Positions 11,429 through 19,977 of a stretch of 64,000 bases of DNA are shown here, piece by piece. The stretch covers positions 1,253,004 through 1,317,003 of the forward strand of contig CAVZKA010000002.1 of assembly GCA_963775725.1 (NCBI GenBank), written 5' to 3'. The notes beneath the pieces are model-generated. The model ran no database searches. It had not been told where the DNA came from and saw nothing but the letters and a program-made list of their open reading frames with translations. Numbering within the stretch: the stretch's first letter is position 1; every line of letters begins with the position of its first letter. A program made the position numbers and the translations under genes. Origin of the DNA: an uncultured Acidobacteriota bacterium (GTDB lineage Bacteria; Acidobacteriota; Thermoanaerobaculia; UBA5066; Gp7-AA6).

Positions 11429-12058
11429 ATGCTGGTACGGGACATCATGAGGCGGCCGGCCGTCGCCGTCACGGGCGACGCCACCCTGCGGGACGCGTAT
11501 CGCACGATGCAGCAGCACGGGATCCGCCACCTGCCCGTGCGCGACGGCGAGACGCTCGTCGGCGTGGTCACCGATCGGGATCTGCGGCTGGCGACAAGCG
11601 CCCTGGCCGCTTCGCCGCTTTCGCCGGACCGCCGGGTCGCCGAGGTGATGTCTCGAAACCCCGAGACGGCCGATCCGGGGGATCCGGTCGAGGACGCCGC
11701 GCGCACCATGCGCCAGAAGAAAATCGGTTGCCTTCCGGTCCTGGACGGCGGACGCCTGGTCGGCATCATCACGGGGCTCGACCTGCTGGATGCGCTGCTG
11801 CGGATGACCGGCGTGGACAAGCCCTCGGGGCGCCTCGAGGTGCGTCTTCCGGACCGACCCGGCGAGCTCGCCCGCCTCATGGGCTTCTTCGGCGAGCGCG
11901 GCCTGAACGTCCACTCGGTCCTGACCCACCCCGACAGCGCCGCAAACGTGCGGGTCGTCCTGCGGGTGGGGTCGATCGAGACACGACTGCTCGCCGACGC
12001 GCTGCGGCGTTCGCAGTTCGAGGTCGTGTGGCCGCCCGAGAAGCCATGGCCTCGGTGA
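11429..12058 (+). CDS. CBS-pair plus ACT domain protein (AcuB-like)
   Basis: Two CBS motifs are followed by a C-terminal ACT-like domain. It sits between acs and the acuC-like gene. An alternative start lies at 11411. Confidence 0.8.
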   Translation: MLVRDIMRRPAVAVTGDATLRDAYRTMQQHGIRHLPVRDGETLVGVVTDRDLRLATSALAASPLSPDRRVAEVMSRNPETADPGDPVEDAARTMRQKKIGCLPVLDGGRLVGIITGLDLLDALLRMTGVDKPSGRLEVRLPDRPGELARLMGFFGERGLNVHSVLTHPDSAANVRVVLRVGSIETRLLADALRRSQFEVVWPPEKPWPR

Positions 12059-13179
12059 TCTACCACCCGGCCTACCGGAACTACAGCTTCGGAGAGAACC
12101 ACCCTTTCAGCCCGGTCCGCGTGGACATGACGCTCGACCTCCTGCGGGCGTTCGGCCACGAGGTCCGGACCGTCGCGCCCGAGCCCGCCACGCGCCAGGA
12201 AATCCTCGGCGTCCATGAGGACTACTACATCCGCCGGGTGGAGGAGCTCTCGGCGGGCCGGGACGTGCCGGACTGCCAGGACTACGGCCTCGGCACGCCG
12301 GACACTCCCGCCTTCCGCGGCATGGACGAAGCGGCGCGGTGGCACGTGGGGGGCACGCTCGCCGGGGCCCGCCGGATCTGTGAGGCGGGCGAAAAGCGCG
12401 TCCTCCAGCTCGGCGGAGGGCTCCACCATGCCCGGAGGAACTTCGCGTCGGGTTTCTGCATCTACAACGACCTCGCGGTAGCGATCGATTGCCTGACCCG
12501 GCACGGTCTCTGGGTTGCCTACATCGACATCGACGTCCACCATGGCGACGGGGTCCAGCAGATCTTCTACGAGGACCGGCGCGTGATGACGATCAGCTTC
12601 CACGAGTCGGGCAGGGCTCTTTTTCCCGGGACCGGCGACATTCACGAACTGGGCTCGGGCGTGGGCCGCGGCCTGAAACTCAACGTGCCGCTCGAGCCCC
12701 TCACCGAGGGGGCCAGCTACCTCGAGGTCTTCGAAGAGGTGGTGCCGCTCGCCCTCTCGCGCTTTCGGCCGGGCGTGCTGGTCGTCCAGGCCGGCGCGGA
12801 CGCCCACTTCGACGACCGGCTCGCCGACCTGATGCTGACGACCCGCGATTACGAGAGGATCTTCCGCCGCATCCTGGAGTGGGCCGACGCGTTCACCGCG
12901 GGGCGAGTCCTCTTCACGCTGGGAGGCGGCTACTCGCTCTTCGCCGCGCCGCGGGTCTGGGCAATGCTGTACCTCCTGATCCACGGCCTGCCGGTCGCCG
13001 CCGAGATCCCGGAGATCTGGCGCCGCCGCTGGAGAGAGGTTCTCAGCAACGAGCCGCCCAGGGCCTTTCACGACGCAAACCCGCTCGGTGCCGACATTCC
13101 GAACCGCGAGGAGATCGCTCATCGCAACCGGCAGGTGGCGCAGCGGCTCCTCGAGGCCGCCCGCCCGTACTGGTCCTGA
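12046..13179 (+). CDS. acuC: histone-deacetylase-family protein deacetylase (AcuC-like)
   Basis: The N-terminus MASVIYHPAYRNYSFGENHPFSP and the HDAC zinc-site residues (DIDVHHGDG) are present. Its start overlaps the acuB-like stop, suggesting translational coupling. Confidence 0.9.
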   Translation: MASVIYHPAYRNYSFGENHPFSPVRVDMTLDLLRAFGHEVRTVAPEPATRQEILGVHEDYYIRRVEELSAGRDVPDCQDYGLGTPDTPAFRGMDEAARWHVGGTLAGARRICEAGEKRVLQLGGGLHHARRNFASGFCIYNDLAVAIDCLTRHGLWVAYIDIDVHHGDGVQQIFYEDRRVMTISFHESGRALFPGTGDIHELGSGVGRGLKLNVPLEPLTEGASYLEVFEEVVPLALSRFRPGVLVVQAGADAHFDDRLADLMLTTRDYERIFRRILEWADAFTAGRVLFTLGGGYSLFAAPRVWAMLYLLIHGLPVAAEIPEIWRRRWREVLSNEPPRAFHDANPLGADIPNREEIAHRNRQVAQRLLEAARPYWS

Positions 13180-13202
13180 CCGAAATCTATAATCGGGAGC
13201 CC

Positions 13203-15671
13203 ATGTTCCAGATCATCGCCGAGGGCCGGGGGTACAGCGAGTACGTCCTGCTGCGCGACGGCGAGAGCGTGCTGCTGCGCACGGCCACTGCCGACGACAT
13301 CCCCGCGGTCGAAGCCCTCATGAGGTCCGTCTCGCCGGAGGCCCTGCAGTTGCGGTTCATGGGCGCGGTGGCCTACGTCTCGCGCAGCGCGGTCGAGTTC
13401 ATGTGTACGGGCGAGTCCCGCGACCGCCTCTCCCTGCTCGCCATCGCGGGCCGCGACGAGGCCGCTCGGGTCGCCGGAATCGGCACCTACACTTCGATCG
13501 GTGTCGGGGGACGGGCCGAGGTGGCCTTTCTCGTCCAGGACGAGTTCCAGGGCCGCGGCATCAGCACACTCCTGCTCGAGCGTCTGGCCGGCATCGCCGC
13601 GGGCGCCGGCTTCACCGGGTTCGAGGCCGAGGTGCTCTACGAAAACCAGGCCATGATCAACGTCTTCCGGGACTCCGGATTCGAGGTCCACCAGGCGGCC
13701 CTGGGCGGCTCCAGCCTTCACATCGAGTTCCCGGTGGGCGGACCGGAGTCCCTGCGCGAGCGGACGGAGTTGCGGGAGCGCATTGCGACCGCCAACTCGA
13801 TCGCCCCGCTGCTCCGGCCCCGCGCGGTCGCGGTCATCGGCGCTTCGCGGGATCCCGCCGCCGCGGGCAGCCTGATCTTTCGGGCGATCCTTCGAAGCAA
13901 TTTTGGCGGCACGGTGTATCCGGTCAACAACCAGACGGCGTCGGTGCACGGCGTCCGCGCGTACGCGTCCTCGCGAGATCTTCCGGAGCCGCCGGAGCTC
14001 GCCGTCATCGCCGTGCCGGCCCGCAACGTCCTCGAGGCGGCCGCGGAGGCCCTGCAGGCCGGCGCACGGGGCCTGCTCGTCGTGACCGCGGGCTTCGCCG
14101 AGAGCGGTCCGGAAGGCGCGGCCCTCCAGAAGGCGCTCGTCGAGCTCGTGCGCTCCCATGGCGCCCGGCTGATCGGCCCCAACTGCCTGGGCCTGATGAA
14201 CACCCATCCGGACGTCCGATTGAACGCGAGCCTCGCGCCCCTGCTCGCTCCGCGGGGGCGGATCGGCTTCTACTCGCATTCGGCCGCGCTGGGACTCGTG
14301 ATCCTCGATTACGCCGCCGAGCGCGGCCTCGGCTTCTCCACGTTCGTCTCCGCCGGCAATCGCGCCGACGTGTCCGGCAACGACCTCCTCCAGTTCTGGG
14401 AGGAGGACGCGGCCACAGACATCGCCCTGCTCTATCTGGAGACGTTCGGCAATCCCCGCCGGTTCGCGCGCATCGCGCGCCGGATCGGGTACCGCAAACC
14501 GGTCCTGTGTGTGAAGGGCGCGCGCAGCCGCGCGGGCGGCGACGTCGCGCGCGCACACATCGCGGCGGTCGCGCAGAGCGACACGAACGTCGAGTTGTTG
14601 TTCCGGCAGGCCGGCGTGATCCGCGCGGACACGCTGGAGGAGATGTTCGACGTGGCCGTGCTGCTGGCCCATCAGCCTCTGCCGCGCCGTAACCGCGTCG
14701 GCATCGTCAGCAATTCCGGCGGCGTCCTGACGATCTGCGCCGACGCCTGCGACACGCACGGGCTCTCCGTCGGCTCGGGCGCGGCGATCGACCTCGGGCC
14801 GCTCGTGCCGGTGGACGCTTACGAGCGAGCGGTCCACCAGACCCTGGAGCGCGACGACGTGGACGCGCTAATCGCGATCCACGCCTGTATCGGCGACTGC
14901 AATCCGAAGGTCGTGGGCCGCGCGATTCGCCGCGGCGTTCTGCGCGCCGAGCGCCGGACCGGCCTCTCCAAGCCGACGCTGCTCTGCCTGATCGGCGGAG
15001 CCGCGGACGTTCAAGCGCACCGGGACGAGGACGCGCGGTCCACGGCGTCCCGACGCGTGTTTCCTTCCTACCGGTTTCCCGAGTCCGCCGCCCTGGCCCT
15101 GTCCCGGGCGGTGCAGTACGCGGCCTTTCGAAGCCGGCCGGCCGGGCGCCTGCGCTGGTACGAAGACGTGGACGCCGTGGCGGCCCGGCAGGAGGTCATG
15201 GGGATGCTGGACACCACCTCCGCCGACGTTCTGCGCGTGGAGGGCGAGTCCGCCCGCAAGCTGCTGGGCTTCTTCGGAATCCGCGCCGAGACGGCCCCGG
15301 CGGCGTCTCCAGTCGCTCGAGCCGAACGACTCCGCCTCGAGGTCGCCTCCGATCCGAGCTTCGGGCCCCTGCTTCGCCTTCGCCCGCCCGGAGCGCTTCC
15401 GGTGGTTCGCATCACCCCGCTGACGGACAACGACATCCGGGAAATCGTAGAGGCCGCACACCTGCCCGGGGATTGCGGCATCGAGGAGCTGCTCGGACGC
15501 GTGTCCCAGCTGATCGAGGAGTTGCCGCGGGTGAGCGGCATGGAGGCGGACCTCGTCTGCGCCGGGGTCGGTGGGGCCGCGCTCCTCGCGGAGGTCCGCA
15601 TCGCGTTTTTCGTGCCGCGCTCTTCGCCGGCTCACGCGGCTTCGAGGCAGCCGGGCGCGAAGACGACTTGA
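13203..15671 (+). CDS. protein lysine acetyltransferase Pat (N-terminal GNAT plus NDP-forming acyl-CoA-synthetase-like/CoA-binding domains; Streptomyces PatA-type domain order)
   Basis: A GNAT motif (QGRGISTLLLE) sits at the N-terminus. CoA-binding and succinyl-CoA-synthetase-like ATP-grasp domains follow (VAVIGASRDP…, LIGPNCLG). The start MFQIIAEG lies 23 nt after the acuC stop. Confidence 0.85.
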   Translation: MFQIIAEGRGYSEYVLLRDGESVLLRTATADDIPAVEALMRSVSPEALQLRFMGAVAYVSRSAVEFMCTGESRDRLSLLAIAGRDEAARVAGIGTYTSIGVGGRAEVAFLVQDEFQGRGISTLLLERLAGIAAGAGFTGFEAEVLYENQAMINVFRDSGFEVHQAALGGSSLHIEFPVGGPESLRERTELRERIATANSIAPLLRPRAVAVIGASRDPAAAGSLIFRAILRSNFGGTVYPVNNQTASVHGVRAYASSRDLPEPPELAVIAVPARNVLEAAAEALQAGARGLLVVTAGFAESGPEGAALQKALVELVRSHGARLIGPNCLGLMNTHPDVRLNASLAPLLAPRGRIGFYSHSAALGLVILDYAAERGLGFSTFVSAGNRADVSGNDLLQFWEEDAATDIALLYLETFGNPRRFARIARRIGYRKPVLCVKGARSRAGGDVARAHIAAVAQSDTNVELLFRQAGVIRADTLEEMFDVAVLLAHQPLPRRNRVGIVSNSGGVLTICADACDTHGLSVGSGAAIDLGPLVPVDAYERAVHQTLERDDVDALIAIHACIGDCNPKVVGRAIRRGVLRAERRTGLSKPTLLCLIGGAADVQAHRDEDARSTASRRVFPSYRFPESAALALSRAVQYAAFRSRPAGRLRWYEDVDAVAARQEVMGMLDTTSADVLRVEGESARKLLGFFGIRAETAPAASPVARAERLRLEVASDPSFGPLLRLRPPGALPVVRITPLTDNDIREIVEAAHLPGDCGIEELLGRVSQLIEELPRVSGMEADLVCAGVGGAALLAEVRIAFFVPRSSPAHAASRQPGAKTT

Positions 15672-15719
15672 CGAGACGCGACGGGCCGCCGCGCGAAATC
15701 GGGGAGGCCTGGAGAGATT

Positions 15720-16871
15720 TTGGGTCCCCCGACGGCTGCCCGCCGTACAATCGAAGCAGTGAAAGCATCCGGAAGCGTTCTGGACGGCCAGATTCTTGGC
15801 CGGCTTGATCGCTGGCGGAAGGCACGCGCCGTCTTCGTCCGGCCCGACGGGCTGGAGGCCGAGCGCGCTGTCGCCGCGGCGTTCGGTCGGGCCTGGGTGC
15901 GCGCGCCCATGTACGGGCGGGCGAGGCGCCTGCTCGTTGAGCGCACGCCCGAACAATTCCTCGAGGACCTCGAGAAGGGCCTCGGGGCCCTGGCCGACCG
16001 CGTGCGCGTGGCGCCCGAGGACCCGCGCCAGACCAAGTGGGACGCCATGAGCCGGCTGACGCCGCTGCCGCGCGCCCGCGAGGAAGTCCAGGCGCTCTGG
16101 CTCGCCGACGAGCTGACGATGGGCGAGTTCTCCGTCGAGTTCCAGCCGATCTTCGATCTCGCGACCGGCGGCATCATCGGGTACGAGGGTCTGCTGCGCG
16201 GACGCGGGCCGGACGGGAACATGCGGCTGGCCGCCGACATCTTCCCGGCCGCCGAGTCGCTCCACCTCGAGCGGACCTTCGAGCGCTTTTCCTGGACCTG
16301 CGTGCTCGAGGCGGCGAAGAGTCTTCCGGACGAAGCGCTCCTCTTTCTCAACATCAACCCCAAGCTCATCGAGCGCTCGGAGCACGCGCTCGTCGCGCTC
16401 GGCGAAGAGACCGAACGGCGCGGCGTGCCGTTCTCGCGCCTGGTCCTCGACCTCGTCGAGGTCGAGACGCTGCCGTCGCCTCCGGATCTCGCGCCGGCGC
16501 TGACGGTGCCCCGCGATCTCGGCGCCGTGATCGCGCTCGACGACGTCACCTCGGGCTATGGCACGCTCCAGTTCTGCCACGCCCTGCAGCCCGAGTGGAT
16601 CAAGGTGGACAGCGAGGTCACGCGCGGCATCGCGCAGGACCCGCGGCGCCGCGCGATTCTGAAGTTCCTCTCGGACCTCGGCAAGGAATTCGCGTTCCGG
16701 CTCGTCGCCGAAGGCATCGAAACGGCCGAGGATCTCGACGTCTGCGCGGCCGAGGGCGTCGGCGCGGCGCAGGGGTATTTCCTCGCCCGGCCCGCGGCCG
16801 AGCCGCCGGCCGCCACATCCGCTTTCACGGCCTGGATGGCCGCCCGTCCCGACACCCTTCGTTCCGCATAG
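15720..16871 (+). CDS. EAL-domain protein (putative c-di-GMP phosphodiesterase), standalone
   Basis: EAL-domain motifs are present (EFQPIFDL, YEGLLRG with EGL in place of EAL, DDVTSGYG, EGIETAEDL). It has a TTG start with a GGAGAG RBS, and the exact start is uncertain. Confidence 0.6.
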   Translation: MGPPTAARRTIEAVKASGSVLDGQILGRLDRWRKARAVFVRPDGLEAERAVAAAFGRAWVRAPMYGRARRLLVERTPEQFLEDLEKGLGALADRVRVAPEDPRQTKWDAMSRLTPLPRAREEVQALWLADELTMGEFSVEFQPIFDLATGGIIGYEGLLRGRGPDGNMRLAADIFPAAESLHLERTFERFSWTCVLEAAKSLPDEALLFLNINPKLIERSEHALVALGEETERRGVPFSRLVLDLVEVETLPSPPDLAPALTVPRDLGAVIALDDVTSGYGTLQFCHALQPEWIKVDSEVTRGIAQDPRRRAILKFLSDLGKEFAFRLVAEGIETAEDLDVCAAEGVGAAQGYFLARPAAEPPAATSAFTAWMAARPDTLRSA

Positions 16872-16875
16872 CGCC

Positions 16876-17300
16876 TTGAGCCGAGGACCACTCTCCGCTC
16901 CCGTCGGCGCGTCGAGCGCGGCTCAAAGTGTCCGCATCGACGTCTGGCTCGACGTCGCCTGCATCTTCCCGACCCGCTCGCAGGCCAAGGCCGCGTGCGA
17001 GGGCGGAAAGGTGGACGTCGCGGGCGCGCGGGCCAAGCCCCATCGCGAGGTCCGGGTGGGCGAGCGGGTCGGCGTTTCGGGGCGCGACGGGACGCGGCGC
17101 GAGCTCGTCGTGCGCGGCATGGCGCGAGCGCTCGATTCCGAAAGCAGAGGCGCGCAAGCTCTACGAGGACGTGACGCCGGCCGCCGGCGCCCGAGGTGGT
17201 CGAGGCACGGAGGCTCGACCGCATGCTCGCCCCGCGCGGCGACGCCGGACGGCCCGACAAACGCGAGCGCCGCGAGCGGCGTAAGCTCAAGGGCTGGTGA
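16876..17300 (+). pseudogene. Hsp15/S4-domain RNA-binding protein homolog interrupted by two apparent +1 frameshifts
   Basis: The N-terminal S4 domain is in frame 1 (VRIDVWLDVACIFPTRSQAKAACEGGKVDV…). The middle (RERSIPKAEARKLYEDVTP) is in frame 2. The C-terminus (EVVEARRLDRMLAPRGDAGRPDKRERRERRKLKGW*) is in frame 0, ending at 17300. All three segments align to Hsp15. Confidence 0.55.
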
Positions 17301-17355
17301 GGGCCCCGCGGACCTCGTCGAATCGCGGCTAGACTCGGCACATGCGCGATCGCCA

Positions 17356-17706
17356 ATGCACGCTCGCCGCCTGTTGCCGGCGTCGTCGCTCTGGCCCTCG
17401 CGCCGGCTGCGCAGACGCAAACGGCCGCGCCGACGCCGTCGAAGCCGCGATCGGCCGAGGAGACAGCGAAGTCGATCGCCGCGCGCTGGAAGACCGCTGC
17501 TCGGCCTCTCCGACGAGCAGACCGCGCGAGTTCGAGGCCTGGCGCTCACGCCGAGCGAAAAGACCGCGGAGGCGAAGGCGGCCGCCGGCGGTGATGCGGC
17601 GAGGCTCCAGGAGGCAATGGCGGAGATCTTCAAGCAGCGCCAGGCCGCCGTCGAGAAGATCCTGACGCCGCCCCAGTGGCAGCAGTACGACGGGTTACAT
17701 GGCTAG
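17356..17706 (+). pseudogene. LTXXQ-motif (Spy/CpxP-like) periplasmic protein with apparent compensating frameshifts
   Basis: The start MHARRLL and the C-terminus (LLGLSDEQTARV…LTPSEK…LTPPQWQQY) are in frame 1. The clean signal peptide (PVAGVVALALAPAAQ/TQTAAP…) is in frame 0 between them. Confidence 0.45.
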
Positions 17707-17773
17707 GGCGCGCGAACAGGCGGCCGCAAGCCGGCCCCCGGCGCCTTCGAAGCCTCCGGCGTAGACTCCCGCC

Positions 17774-18061
17774 ATGGATTTCGAAGTCCTCTGCCCCTGC
17801 TGCAACGCGCGCCTGAAGGTGGACGCCGACCTCAAGGCGGTCATCGACCACGAGGCCCCGAAGACGCCGCGAAAGTACGCCTCCGTGGACGACGCCCTCG
17901 GGGCCCTGAAGGGGGCGGACGAGGAGCGCGAGAAGAAGTTCGCGGCCTCGATCGAGGCGGAGAAGTCGAAGAAGGACGTGCTCAACAGGAAGTTTGCCGA
18001 GCTCTTCGAGAAGACGAAGGGCGATACGTCCAAGCCCGTCCGCGACATCGACCTGGATTGA
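17774..18061 (+). CDS. small zinc-ribbon (CPCC…) protein with charged C-terminal tail
   Basis: MDFEVLCPCCNARLKV… is followed by a Lys/Glu-rich helix. Its composition is protein-like, unlike the overlapping antisense ORF. Confidence 0.5.
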   Translation: MDFEVLCPCCNARLKVDADLKAVIDHEAPKTPRKYASVDDALGALKGADEEREKKFAASIEAEKSKKDVLNRKFAELFEKTKGDTSKPVRDIDLD

Positions 18062-19974
18062 ACCGGCCCCTCCGCCGCCGCGCCGTCGGAATCCTCGCGG
18101 CGGCGGTCCTTCTCTGCCTCTGGCCCGCCGCGGCGCGTGCCTGGATCTACTCGGAGCACCGGCAGATCACGGCGCGCGGGATCGAGACGCTCGACCGGGA
18201 GCGGCGCGACGAGCTCGACGGTCTGTGGCAGAGCGCGCGGGAGGGCCACGCGGCCCGGCTCTGCGCGGCGGTCGATGCCGGCGACCAGGGAGGGCGGCCC
18301 ACCTGCATCGATCTGGCCTCCTGGCCCTCGATCAACGGAGATCATGCGTGTTCGCCGGACGAGATGCTGCGGGTCATCCTCGACAGCGACTGGATCCTCG
18401 ACGTCGCGCGCATTGCGGCGAAAGCCGGCGCCAGCATCGCGAGAGCGCGCACGGAGAGCGAGCGGCGCAACGCCCAGATGAACGGGGACCTCGGGTTGGA
18501 ACGGGCCGATCTCGACTACAGCACGCGCGCGGGGGCCAACAACGCGCACCACCTGCTTCCGCGCTCCGGCGGCGATCTCGGCCAGTACATCGCGGACGTC
18601 GTCCGCGCGGGCGCCGCGCCCAACGTCATCGGGCTCTTCGTGACCTTCCATGCGGCGGCCCTGGAGCGGGCATCGGCCCCTCCGCCGGTGTCCGCCTCGC
18701 CGGCCGAGCGCGCGGCACGGCTCCGGCAGATCCTGGCGCTCGAGACCTTCGCGCTCCACTTCCTGGAGGACGCCTTCGCCGCGGGGCACGTCGCCGGATC
18801 GTGGGGAACGACCGCGGAGCGCAAGGGAACGCACGACTATTACAACCAGCATGGCGTCGAGGCGGATACCTGGGACAACGAGCCCGTGATCCTTTTCGGG
18901 GACGCACACATGCGCTCGCCCGACCTCGAGCGCGCCGCCGAAGCCGTTCGCGTCTCGTGGGAGCAGCTGCTTGCGGCGTTCGTGCCGGAATCCGCGGTCC
19001 GCTGCGACGCCATTGCGGTCGTTGTCCCCGAAGACGTCCGGTCGGGAGCCTTCGACGCCTGCACGGCCGCGGCGATGCCGGGTTGGATCGTGCCTCCGGC
19101 GATCGAAGACGACCTCACGCAGATCGTGCGCCGGACTCCCATCCCGTTCCGCGGGCAGGGCTACGCGTCTCTTCCCCGGTTCCGCGCCGAGATCGGGCCG
19201 TTCGTCGGCATCGCGAGCGGCGTCATCGCGGAGGGCGCCGACGGAGGCTTCTCCGCGAACCGGGAGGGCGGGGCGGCGGGCTCGCTCGACCTCGGGCTCC
19301 GGTTCGGGTACGGCATCGACGCGCTGCTCGGCGATTCCGGCGACGGCCTCGTCTTCGTGCAGGGCGGAATTCTCCTGCAGTCCCGGTCCACCGGCGGCTG
19401 CGGGACCGACTGCCCGCCCGATCCGATCCTCTCCCAGTTCGTGCCGGGGCTGCCGGCGCGCTCCGCCCTGAACTTCCGCCTGCGCGTGCCGTTCTGGCTC
19501 ATCCCGGGCGATCTGGTTCTCGCCGCTCCGGTCCTCGCCCTTGCGAACCCGAAGCTGCTCGAGAAGATGGCGATCGTGGCCTCCGACGGCGGCCTGATCC
19601 CGTGGCAGACGAAGCTTTCGACGCCCATCGGGTCGCTGCAGTTCGTGGCGGGGCGCGAGCTGGGAGTCAACCTGTTCGGATACCTCGGTGGAGAAGACGC
19701 GTTCCTCGCGGTGTCGGGGCGCGGTCCGAGCGGCGCCCCGATCTTTCAGCCCGTCGAGGTCCGTTCGATCGAATGGAACTTTCCGATCCTGGAGCTGCGC
19801 CCGCTGCGGGAGTACGGCACCCGGTATAGCTTCTCGACGCTGGTGCAGTTCGGCGCCGGCTTCGACACGCCGTTCGATGCGCAGTCGCTCGTGCCCGGTC
19901 AGCCGGTTCCGCCCTTGAAGACGCGCTATTTCGGTTTCGTGCGGGTCTTCTTCGACGGCCGCCGGTACTTCTAG
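18058..19974 (+). CDS. secreted protein with N-terminal zinc-dependent phospholipase C / P1-nuclease-like domain
   Basis: A signal peptide is followed by a predicted mature N-terminal Trp (AAARA/WIYSEH…), as in PLC/P1 nucleases. The domain has His-rich metal-site candidates (HFLEDAFAAGH). The C-terminal half is Gly-rich and beta-rich, ending RRYF. Confidence 0.6.
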   Translation: MNRPLRRRAVGILAAAVLLCLWPAAARAWIYSEHRQITARGIETLDRERRDELDGLWQSAREGHAARLCAAVDAGDQGGRPTCIDLASWPSINGDHACSPDEMLRVILDSDWILDVARIAAKAGASIARARTESERRNAQMNGDLGLERADLDYSTRAGANNAHHLLPRSGGDLGQYIADVVRAGAAPNVIGLFVTFHAAALERASAPPPVSASPAERAARLRQILALETFALHFLEDAFAAGHVAGSWGTTAERKGTHDYYNQHGVEADTWDNEPVILFGDAHMRSPDLERAAEAVRVSWEQLLAAFVPESAVRCDAIAVVVPEDVRSGAFDACTAAAMPGWIVPPAIEDDLTQIVRRTPIPFRGQGYASLPRFRAEIGPFVGIASGVIAEGADGGFSANREGGAAGSLDLGLRFGYGIDALLGDSGDGLVFVQGGILLQSRSTGGCGTDCPPDPILSQFVPGLPARSALNFRLRVPFWLIPGDLVLAAPVLALANPKLLEKMAIVASDGGLIPWQTKLSTPIGSLQFVAGRELGVNLFGYLGGEDAFLAVSGRGPSGAPIFQPVEVRSIEWNFPILELRPLREYGTRYSFSTLVQFGAGFDTPFDAQSLVPGQPVPPLKTRYFGFVRVFFDGRRYF

Positions 19975-19977
19975 GCC

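Noticed and set aside
9147-16580. Antisense ORFs over the acs–pat module (9147..11153, 11242..13122, 13119..14837, 14868..16580 and others)
   Set aside because: They are shadow ORFs opposite strongly supported coding sequence, with Arg/Pro/Gly-dominated translations.
16876-17706. Track ORF 16876..17706 as a single 276-aa S4–LTXXQ fusion protein
   Set aside because: The central about 100 aa in that frame are Arg-rich wrong-frame-like sequence. The homologous Hsp15 segments and a clean signal peptide are found in the other two frames. A cytoplasmic S4 domain fused to a periplasmic LTXXQ domain is implausible.
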